Of a stretch of DNA of 64,000 nucleotides, positions 47,941-56,303 are shown one piece after another. The notes under the pieces are model-generated. The model saw only the letters and a program-made list of their open reading frames with translations. It made no database searches and was not told the DNA's origin. How positions within the stretch are numbered: the first letter of the stretch is position 1; each line of letters opens with the position of its first letter. The position numbers and the translations under genes were made by a program. This DNA comes from an uncultured bacterium. Lineage in GTDB: Bacteria; Poribacteria; WGA-4E; WGA-3G. The stretch is from NCBI GenBank assembly GCA_964523645.1, contig CAZGAW010000004.1, positions 8,284 through 72,283 of the forward strand, given 5' to 3'.

Positions 47941-50900
47941 TCACCTCAAAATGTCCTCGGGTCCATAGGACTCTGTGAAGGTTGTCCAGATGCCTGTGCG
48001 CTTATCGTAACGACTCAATCCACGGTATGTCCCAAACCAGACGTAGTCACTATCAACAGCCATTGAGAGAATACCGTTATGCGCTAAACCGCTCTCTCGG
48101 GTGTAAGTCGTCCAATTATTCGTTAACCGATTAAATCGGCTGACCCCCGCGTTGTAAGTACCGATCCATAACTCTGTCCCATCAACACCGATAGTGGTAA
48201 CCTTATTGCTGGCGAGGCCATCTTCCGTCGTATAGGCAGCCCAAACTTCCGTCTTTTCATTATAGAGCGTCACACCGAGATCACTGCCGAACCAGACATT
48301 GTCGCCATCAATAGCGATGCAACTTACTTCATCGCTGGCGAGCCCATCTTCCACTGTGATTGTTTTCCAGATGTCTCGACTGATGTCGTATCGGCTGACC
48401 CCCCTGCGCGTCCCGACCCAGACGTGCCTTTTGCTCGCCGTGATACACCAAATTTGATCGGTAACCAATGATTCCGCAAACTCCTTAGATACAGCAGAAG
48501 GCTGAATCTCAGTTCCCGAAGTATAGGTAATCCAAGCGTTGAGGTCATCCGCTGTGCGGGGGTACTTTCCAATCCCAGAATTAGTGCCAACCCAGATGTT
48601 ATTGCCATCGCTACTGACAGAAGTCACGTTGTTGGCAGGCAGCCCATGGTGAGTCTTGTATTGATCCCACTCCAGTGCGATCTTATCAAAACGGTTCGCA
48701 CCGTCGCGTGTACCGACCCAGACGTATTGTTCATCGACCACTATAGAACTCACAACGTCATCGGAGAGACAGTCTCTCTTTTTGCGGCGATGCTCGTGCC
48801 AATGCCCGCCATGGGTTTCTATGTTTTCGGATCCACCCTCCTGCTGATAATTCTTCCAGGTCCCGAAGACCTTGTCATAGCGGGACATACCTTTATCGGT
48901 ACCGACCCAGACGAACCGCTCATCTGTAGCTACAGTCCGAATCGTGCGTCCAACAAGCGTCGGCAGTGCCTTCAACGGGGTCCAAGATTCTTTCCGTTTG
49001 TCATAACGGGAAAGTCCCCGTAAGGTGCCTACCCATACATAGTCTTCATCCACTGCAAGCCCATATTCACCTACATGGTTATGGAGTAACCCTTTGATAT
49101 CCCGAAACGATGCCCAGGTACCAGAGGCGAAATGAAATCGTCGAAGCCCATTGTTCGGTGCAGCTAACCAGAGATAGTCGTCATCGGCTGCCAGCTCAAG
49201 CGTTCCACGTCCGGATCTAATCGTTGTCCACTCTTTTGTACGCCTGTCGTATCGAGTAACACCCGCATCTTCCCAAGGTCTGTAGAGTATCCATACATCT
49301 TTTTCTGTGGCAATAATACGTCTAATCGTCCTTGAAGCGAGCACGTCATTCGTTGAAAACGTCGTCCATTCTTTTGTTTTTTTATCGTATCGCGATAACG
49401 GACGGTTGCTATCTCTATCCCATTCCGAGCGTGCAACCCAGATGAAATCGGCATCTACAGTAATCCACTCCGCGCCTCTACCTGCCAGTCCATCCCTGGG
49501 TCCGAAATCCTTCCACTCACGGGTGATTTCATTGTAACGCGTGAGACCCCGACCGGATGCATACCAGATTTCGGGACCATCAACCCCAAGGGCGTTTACA
49601 CGCTCAATCTGATGAATGTTTTCTTGTTCAACCACTTCCCATGTTCCCGCTGCTTTCCTATAATGGTTTAATTCCAAACCTATCATTGGAATAACCCAGA
49701 CGCTCTGCTCACTCACAGCGATTTTACTTATATCGTCTGTAGAGAGTCCGTCCTCTGTCGTAAAATGCTGCCATGTATCCGAGATTTTATCGTAACGGAG
49801 AACGCCATAGTCGGTTGTAAACCAGACAGCGTCGGTGTCAACATACGTCCAACGCACGAGTGTCATGGACCTTTTCTGCGTAGACTGCAAAATATCTAAG
49901 CGTGTGAAACGCCGCCAGGTCTCTGTTGGACGATGAAATCGCACAAGCGCACCGTTCGGCGAAGCACCCCAACTATTGAACCAGATGTAATCTCCATCAA
50001 ATTTAATGTTTGAAACCCTTGTTTCAAGAAACGGCTCCCGTACTGGACGAGATTGATGTAACACCTGTCTTGCACTTTGCGAGTTGTATTCAAGGAGGCC
50101 GCTATCCGTTGCCAACCAAAGTGTTTCATCCACACCACACAGGATGTCGCGAACGTTATAAGGCACATTTGAGAGAGAATTCCAAGTATCCGAAGCGATC
50201 GTGTAGCTTCCCAACCCCAGTGGAGTGCCGATCCAGAGGATACCATCTCGAAAAGCGAGTGCCGTGACATTAGGCGATGGCAATCGGTCATTAAAGGAGA
50301 GTGGGATCCAACGCTGGCGGGTGTTATCATATTTTGCGAGCCCTCGGCGTGTTCCCGCCCAAAGTGTCTGCTTTTCGTTTTCGCTCGTAGAAAGGAGTAC
50401 ATTAACATACGGATTCGGGAGACCATCGACAACGCTGTGCATCTGCTTATCAGCAATCGAATATCGCCAAACGCCTTCTGCACCGCCAAACCAAACACTT
50501 TCATCATGAACGAGTGCGGAGGCTATAAGGGGGTTTTTGGGTGTGCCTGGTAATGATAGTTGTGTCCAAGCCGAAGAAAGTGTATCATACATCGCGGGAC
50601 CCGAACTTGTACCAATCCAGATTCGGTGATTCTGTGGTGCAGTACCAGTATCAATAGATGTTACAAAAGTTTCGCCTTGGGTCTGCATTTCCGGCGAGAC
50701 ATGGAATGTCCACTCTTCACCTAAATATGCTCGCGCCCCAAGCCCTCGATCTGACCCAATCCAGACCTGTGCAGAACGGCTTTTGGCTTTCGGCTTTTGG
50801 CTTTCGGTTTCCATCTGCAAAGAGGTTTCTGATGAACCAGAATCTTCTTGCTGATGGCTGACTGCTGATGGCTGACTACTGTTTGGCTGATGGCTAATAT

Positions 50901-52239
50901 GTATTGACGTGACGTATGGTGTCGGCAGCCCGTCTTCTCTGGAGATGATTTCCCAGCTGCGCGTTTGAGGCGAGTAAATCGAAATTCCTGCAACCGTTGC
51001 CAGCCAAAGGTTTCCGTCCGGATCACGTGTTAGATAGCGGACATCGTTATCCGCAAGAAAATCGGCTTGTTTGTAAATTGTCCATTCACCGGTTACCTTA
51101 TCAAAACGACTCACACCATCCTCTTTGCTCGCAAACCAGACATCGTCGCCTTGCGTCGTAATCCAACTCACATGATTACTCGCCAATCCATCTGATTTGG
51201 TGTAATGCACCCACGTATTGACAGGCTTAATAAACCGATGTACCCCCGCATTGGCAGTTCCAAACCAAACTTGGAATCCATCCGCACGGATACAGGAAAT
51301 CATATTGCTTTTCAGTAGATCGGTCTTTGTATACGTTTTGATGAAGGTTTGGTCAACTTGATTGTACTGACTGACACCCTCCTTCTGGGTACCAAACCAA
51401 ACGCTGTCATCGTCCACCGCAATCGTGGCGATCTCACTGTCTATCAAACCATCTGATTTCGTATAGTTGTTCCAAGAATCCGTATCTCGATGATAGCGAC
51501 TTACCCCACCTCTACTGAACCTCGGATCCTCGTCCCATCCATGCGGATCCGGATTTATTTCCCTATCAGTACCGACCCAAACGTATTCTGGTTCAACTGC
51601 GATTGTCGTAATGACTTTACTGACCAAGCCGTCCTTTCGCGTCCGCACCGCCCAACTGTCAATCGTTTTGTCATAACGGTTCAACCCCTCAGATGTTCCA
51701 AACCAGACGTAGTTCCCGTCCACGGCAATGGAGGAAACCTGATCGCTCGCCAAGCCATCAATAGTGCGGAAGGTTGCAAAGGTGCTTGTCTGCATATCGT
51801 AGCGGCTCACACCTTCATCTGTGGCGAACCAAACCCATTGTCCATCCACCGCAACGGCATTCACCATGTCGTTCGCTAACCCATCTTCCATCGTATAGTG
51901 AATCCACCTATCTTGCTGACGGTCCCACCGCGTAACGCCTCTTGCTGTTGCAATCCACACATTGCCTGAATCTGCAGCAATACAATTGACCTCATTGCTG
52001 ACAAGTGTCCGTTTCACGGGCCACGTCTTCTCGGAACGTGAACCTGCATCGGAATTCTCAAACGGAAGGTTGGATTGCTGATCCGTTGTTAAGGGTCCAC
52101 ACCCTATAATCACAAAATAGGAAAGCAATAACAAAGCACACGCAATAAAAGCAGTGCCTGAACATTTAAGGCTGAATTTGATACGCCGAAGGTTATTTTT
52201 ATCTGCTGGGTTCATCATTTTTATCGCCATCCTTTTCAC
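47941..52239 (-). CDS. giant lipoprotein built from ~25 two-component-regulator-propeller (Reg_prop) beta-propeller repeats, with no kinase domain
   Basis: Lipobox VIIGCG. Repeats of the type DGLASN.V..I..DG..VWFGT..G..RYD recur throughout. A Ser/Gln-rich linker and a His-rich patch sit in the middle. The start codon is ambiguous (GTG at 52239 or ATG at 52230/52215). Confidence 0.6.
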   Translation of the reverse strand: MKRMAIKMMNPADKNNLRRIKFSLKCSGTAFIACALLLLSYFVIIGCGPLTTDQQSNLPFENSDAGSRSEKTWPVKRTLVSNEVNCIAADSGNVWIATARGVTRWDRQQDRWIHYTMEDGLANDMVNAVAVDGQWVWFATDEGVSRYDMQTSTFATFRTIDGLASDQVSSIAVDGNYVWFGTSEGLNRYDKTIDSWAVRTRKDGLVSKVITTIAVEPEYVWVGTDREINPDPHGWDEDPRFSRGGVSRYHRDTDSWNNYTKSDGLIDSEIATIAVDDDSVWFGTQKEGVSQYNQVDQTFIKTYTKTDLLKSNMISCIRADGFQVWFGTANAGVHRFIKPVNTWVHYTKSDGLASNHVSWITTQGDDVWFASKEDGVSRFDKVTGEWTIYKQADFLADNDVRYLTRDPDGNLWLATVAGISIYSPQTRSWEIISREDGLPTPYVTSIHISHQPNSSQPSAVSHQQEDSGSSETSLQMETESQKPKAKSRSAQVWIGSDRGLGARAYLGEEWTFHVSPEMQTQGETFVTSIDTGTAPQNHRIWIGTSSGPAMYDTLSSAWTQLSLPGTPKNPLIASALVHDESVWFGGAEGVWRYSIADKQMHSVVDGLPNPYVNVLLSTSENEKQTLWAGTRRGLAKYDNTRQRWIPLSFNDRLPSPNVTALAFRDGILWIGTPLGLGSYTIASDTWNSLSNVPYNVRDILCGVDETLWLATDSGLLEYNSQSARQVLHQSRPVREPFLETRVSNIKFDGDYIWFNSWGASPNGALVRFHRPTETWRRFTRLDILQSTQKRSMTLVRWTYVDTDAVWFTTDYGVLRYDKISDTWQHFTTEDGLSTDDISKIAVSEQSVWVIPMIGLELNHYRKAAGTWEVVEQENIHQIERVNALGVDGPEIWYASGRGLTRYNEITREWKDFGPRDGLAGRGAEWITVDADFIWVARSEWDRDSNRPLSRYDKKTKEWTTFSTNDVLASRTIRRIIATEKDVWILYRPWEDAGVTRYDRRTKEWTTIRSGRGTLELAADDDYLWLAAPNNGLRRFHFASGTWASFRDIKGLLHNHVGEYGLAVDEDYVWVGTLRGLSRYDKRKESWTPLKALPTLVGRTIRTVATDERFVWVGTDKGMSRYDKVFGTWKNYQQEGGSENIETHGGHWHEHRRKKRDCLSDDVVSSIVVDEQYVWVGTRDGANRFDKIALEWDQYKTHHGLPANNVTSVSSDGNNIWVGTNSGIGKYPRTADDLNAWITYTSGTEIQPSAVSKEFAESLVTDQIWCITASKRHVWVGTRRGVSRYDISRDIWKTITVEDGLASDEVSCIAIDGDNVWFGSDLGVTLYNEKTEVWAAYTTEDGLASNKVTTIGVDGTELWIGTYNAGVSRFNRLTNNWTTYTRESGLAHNGILSMAVDSDYVWFGTYRGLSRYDKRTGIWTTFTESYGPEDILR

Positions 52240-52675
52240 CTAAGTGTCCGTCTTGCAACACAAGAACTATATTCACCGTTTGACAATCAATTACGACGCT
52301 TTAGATAGATTTAGACGTAAGTGTTTGAAACGCGTTTACGCACGCTGCAGATTTTTTAACAAAAAGTTACCGCGTATATTACCATAAGACGTTTATTAAT
52401 GATACACCCTTAAATAAAGTTACAATTACACTATCCATGGATAGGAGGGCGACATAGACCAAGAACCCGCTATCTTATATCGGATATTCCAATTTTCGAG
52501 AACTTTATTTGAATCACAAATACAGTGAAACCCAACGAACTAACTATTATCAACATACCCAAGCCGCTAATGGAACCAAAAAGTGTTTGACAAAAATCCG
52601 TTCATACCCTACAGTAGATGCCATAGAAACACAGCACAAACAATCTGAATCGACGACAGAGATGGAGGTATTTCT

Positions 52676-53701
52676 ATGCCTTATGGAGACAATGACTGGC
52701 TCGCTTTAACCGACGAACCGACACTGGAACCGGAACTGCCAATCTGCGACCCACACCACCATTTTTGGGATTTCCGAACCGAGCGGATCCCCTACCAACG
52801 GTATTTACTCCACGAGTTGATCGCAGACATCAACAGTGGACACAATGTACGCTCTACCGTGTTCGTCGAGGCGAGAGCGATGTACCGTGCTGATGGACCG
52901 GAAGAGATGCGTCCTGTGGGTGAAGTCGAGTTCGTGCAAGGGTTAGCCGCTGCGAGTGCGAGTGGTTTATACGGCGAGAGCCGCGCTGCCGCTGCGATTG
53001 TTGGGCATGCGAACTTGAACCTCGGTGAACGCGTTGCGCCGGTCTTGGAAACCTTACAGGCAGCGAGTCCAAATCGGTTTCGCGGTATCCGTCATTCTGT
53101 TACCTGGGATCCGCATCCTGAAATAGAAAGAGCTTCCACTTACAGAAAAGAAGGACAACTGGCGCGTGAGGATTTCCGAGCAGGGGCAAGGGTACTGGCG
53201 GGTATGGAAATGTCTTTTGAGGCTTGGATGTACGCCCCGCAACTCCCTGAACTCGCTGATTTCGCGAGAGCCGTCCCCGATCTCACGATCATTTCAAATC
53301 ATATCGGCGGTTTGCTGCGCGTGGGGCCTTACGGTGGCAGGGACGACGAAGTGCTGGCGAACTGGCGGAGCGGTATCGCTGCAATAGCCGCCTGTCCGAA
53401 TGTCCACATGAAACTCGGAGGCATCGGAATGCCACGCACGGGTTTCGATTGGCATGAACGGGAAAAACCGATCGGTTCTGAAGCGTTAGCAAAATCCATG
53501 GCACCTTTCATGAATTACTGTATCGAGCAGTTCGGTCCGGAGCGGTGCATGTTTGAAAGCAATTTCCCCGTGGATAAAGTCTCGTTCTCCTACAATGTAA
53601 TGTATAACGCCTTCAAACGGTTGTCATCGGGGTATTCGGACAATGAACGTGCTGCGTTATTTCACGACACCGCCGCTCATGTATACCGGATAGATGTTTA
53701 A
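52676..53701 (+). CDS. amidohydrolase-2 family metal-dependent hydrolase (ACMSD/LigI-like TIM barrel)
   Basis: GGAGG RBS. N-terminal ICDPHHHFWD metal-binding motif typical of Amidohydro_2. Confidence 0.7.
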   Translation: MPYGDNDWLALTDEPTLEPELPICDPHHHFWDFRTERIPYQRYLLHELIADINSGHNVRSTVFVEARAMYRADGPEEMRPVGEVEFVQGLAAASASGLYGESRAAAAIVGHANLNLGERVAPVLETLQAASPNRFRGIRHSVTWDPHPEIERASTYRKEGQLAREDFRAGARVLAGMEMSFEAWMYAPQLPELADFARAVPDLTIISNHIGGLLRVGPYGGRDDEVLANWRSGIAAIAACPNVHMKLGGIGMPRTGFDWHEREKPIGSEALAKSMAPFMNYCIEQFGPERCMFESNFPVDKVSFSYNVMYNAFKRLSSGYSDNERAALFHDTAAHVYRIDV

Positions 53702-53749
53702 TTTAGATAGCAAGTCCTGAATGTTATTATTTTACGGACCCAAGCGAAA

Positions 53750-54007
53750 TTAATAGACCTTACTACGGTGCCCGATTTGGTGAACGCTCACCACCCGAAT
53801 GCGCCTGTTAAAGGAATAAACGATTCGGTAATCTTTAGCAACTGTTAAGCTGAATTTACCCCTGAATTTGCCTTTTAGTGCCTTGTGTGGGTAATTATCA
53901 CAATTTTCGCATAACCGTTCCAGTTTTTCAAGGATCCGCGCCCTGACAGTGGGATGAAAACGCTGCATATCCCGTTGTGCCCGCGAGTCTAATGCTAACG
54001 TGTACAC
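53750..54007 (-). CDS. type II toxin-antitoxin system RelE/ParE family toxin
   Basis: 85 aa, with YRIVYSF...RVVSVHQIGHRSKVY typical of RelE/ParE. Its 5' end overlaps the upstream antitoxin gene by 13 nt. Confidence 0.7.
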   Translation of the reverse strand: MYTLALDSRAQRDMQRFHPTVRARILEKLERLCENCDNYPHKALKGKFRGKFSLTVAKDYRIVYSFNRRIRVVSVHQIGHRSKVY

Positions 54008-54720
54008 TTCAACTTCACCCCGAACTCTCTGGCCACCTCTTCAAGTGTAACCATTTCCGCTTCTCCAGCTTCGTGATCGGCTATACGTTTTTCCAACTCT
54101 TCGGCAAACTCTGGGCGGAACTCCAACCCTGCGTCCGGATCGTAGTGGTAGTCCTCAAAGGCGACTTCCAAAAGTTCATAGGCGACGTAAAGTTCTCGAA
54201 ATGCCAGATCCAGCACCTGATCTGTCGGATGCTGCTCAAGCAACGCGACGAGCCGCTCACGCACTGGGAAGAGTTCTTGGGCGACGAGGAAACGAAGCAG
54301 GTTTCGGTATTCATCCGGTGGTAACTCAGCAATTTTCTTCTCTGGCATCGGATCGCTGTTGAGGTAAAGCCCCATTCGTCTGAAGTTACGCTCTTTGAGC
54401 GTTGTTTTCCGGTTGGCGAGGACATATTCGCGTTGCCGTTTTAGTTTTTTCGCGAGCGGCGTGTCCGGTCTGAGTCCTTCAAGCGGGTCTTCCTCGTAGC
54501 TCTCCAACCAAAAAGCGAAATCCACGTAGTCACCGTGAAAATGAAAGAACTCCGCCTCTAATTCCTCTTGCGGACTATCCTTAGCAAGTAGTGCAGCAAG
54601 CCGTTCCCGCGATTTGAAAAGCTCCTCGTTAATAAGGGTATGGAGCAACTCCCGGAATTCAGTAGGATTCATCTCCTTAATATTCGGCATAATGTTCTCC
54701 GTGTGCGTTAGAATTTTCAA
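53995..54720 (-). CDS. elongated antitoxin-like protein (addiction-module-component family C-terminus) with duplicated N-terminal module
   Basis: C-terminus EFAEELEKRIADHEAGEAEMVTLEEVAREFGV resembles TIGR02574-type antitoxins. Two internal repeats are PTEFRELLHTLINEELFKSRERLAALLAKD and PDEYRNLLRFLVAQELFPVRERLVALLEQH. Confidence 0.5.
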   Translation of the reverse strand: MKILTHTENIMPNIKEMNPTEFRELLHTLINEELFKSRERLAALLAKDSPQEELEAEFFHFHGDYVDFAFWLESYEEDPLEGLRPDTPLAKKLKRQREYVLANRKTTLKERNFRRMGLYLNSDPMPEKKIAELPPDEYRNLLRFLVAQELFPVRERLVALLEQHPTDQVLDLAFRELYVAYELLEVAFEDYHYDPDAGLEFRPEFAEELEKRIADHEAGEAEMVTLEEVAREFGVKLKCTR

Positions 54721-55013
54721 TGTTTAGTATACCGCAAAATCCGTTTGATGTCTAATGCATCTTGACTCGGATGCGTAAAGTTTTTGGCTAAGCATTCTGT
54801 TTCTCGGGTAGGAGAGGTTTCTAACCACGATTGCTCTCGGAAACTCTACACGTATGAGACACGCCGTTGACAGGCGGTTGCCCATAATCAGCGATAATCC
54901 GCGTTCAGATAACAAAACATTTATACACCCCTTGACCTCTCAACATACGTTATGCTATAATAACCTTTACAATATAAACGCGAAAATCTGAATATATCCA
55001 GAGAAGAAAGCGT

Positions 55014-56288
55014 ATGAACATACCAAATCCATCCGATCTCGACAAGGTTTTAGAAAAGATCACCGAGATAGCGCAAGAATCCGCCACTGGCGACTACATC
55101 TACCGGGGTGAGCCTGAGTATTACGACAAAGTCTCCTCAAATCTCTATCGCGAGTTCCCTGAATTTGAAGAGATTCGCTTTGATATCGCACGTGTTCAAG
55201 AAAATATTCTGAAAGAGGCGAAAGCGTATATCAGCAAAACAGACGATATTGACGAAACAGATAGCATTGAAATCTTAACCGAGCTCCAACACTTTGGCGG
55301 TAAAACCAACCTGATTGATTTTACGGAAGACTATCTTATTGCGCTATTCTTCGCTTGCGACGGTTCACATAAAAACCCCGGGCGGGTTATCTTGCTGAAA
55401 AGAAAATCAGGGTCAGAGGTCTACAAAGTCAGAAAACCTCGTCGGATAATCAGTCGCGTTGAATCCCAAAAGAGTGTATTCGTTGAATCACCCGAGGGTT
55501 CTGTGAAACCTGACATTGAGGTTACCATTCCAGCAGACCTCAAATTTCCTATGTTAGAGTACCTGCGGAAACACCACAGAATATCTATTGGAACCATCTA
55601 CAACGATCTCCATGGATTTATCAGACGGAGTGCCTACACGGAGTTTTTTAAAGGCATGACTTGTCAACAGGCAGCAAGTGAATCGGAAACTCCTCAGAAA
55701 AAACGCAAGTATTGCGAAAAGGCGATTGAACATTATAGCGAAGCTTTGGAACTGAGACCTGATTTTGCCGAAGTTTATTTCCATCGGGGCAGTGCTTATG
55801 AAGACCAACGAGAAAGCGATTTGGCTGTTGAAGACTATAGCAAGGCGATAGAAATGAATCCCAATTTTGCCTTTGCCTATCGCAATAGAGGTCTGATTTA
55901 TGAGAAAAAAGGTGAGGTCGACCTAGCCATTAAGGATTACAGCAAGGCAATTGAACTCAATTTAGATTCTTCCCTTGACTATTCCCATCGCGGCCGTGCT
56001 TACAAGAAAAAAGGCGAGACTAATCTAGCCATAGAAGACTATAGAAAGGCAATAGACCTGAACCCATATAACGTCAGCAATTACCACGACCTCGTCATAA
56101 TTTGGCTACATCAGGGAGATTGGGAAAATATCGAATCATACCTAACTATTGCCCAAAATAACGGGTTAAACATCATCAATCTTTTTTCTCAATATTACCC
56201 AACCATTATAGACCTTAAAAAAGAAATCGCGGTTGAAGTTCCGGAAGACCTCGCTGCAAAACTATATCCAGTGAATCCACAATCCTAA
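55014..56288 (+). CDS. FRG-domain protein with C-terminal TPR repeats
   Basis: The N-terminal ~200 aa match the FRG-domain pattern (IYRGEPEYY...ELQHFGGKTNLIDFTEDYLIALFFAC). The C-terminal half carries 4-5 TPRs (AYRNRGLIYEKKGEVDLAIKDYSKAIELN). Confidence 0.5.
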   Translation: MNIPNPSDLDKVLEKITEIAQESATGDYIYRGEPEYYDKVSSNLYREFPEFEEIRFDIARVQENILKEAKAYISKTDDIDETDSIEILTELQHFGGKTNLIDFTEDYLIALFFACDGSHKNPGRVILLKRKSGSEVYKVRKPRRIISRVESQKSVFVESPEGSVKPDIEVTIPADLKFPMLEYLRKHHRISIGTIYNDLHGFIRRSAYTEFFKGMTCQQAASESETPQKKRKYCEKAIEHYSEALELRPDFAEVYFHRGSAYEDQRESDLAVEDYSKAIEMNPNFAFAYRNRGLIYEKKGEVDLAIKDYSKAIELNLDSSLDYSHRGRAYKKKGETNLAIEDYRKAIDLNPYNVSNYHDLVIIWLHQGDWENIESYLTIAQNNGLNIINLFSQYYPTIIDLKKEIAVEVPEDLAAKLYPVNPQS

Positions 56289-56303
56289 AAGGACAATCCA
56301 AGC

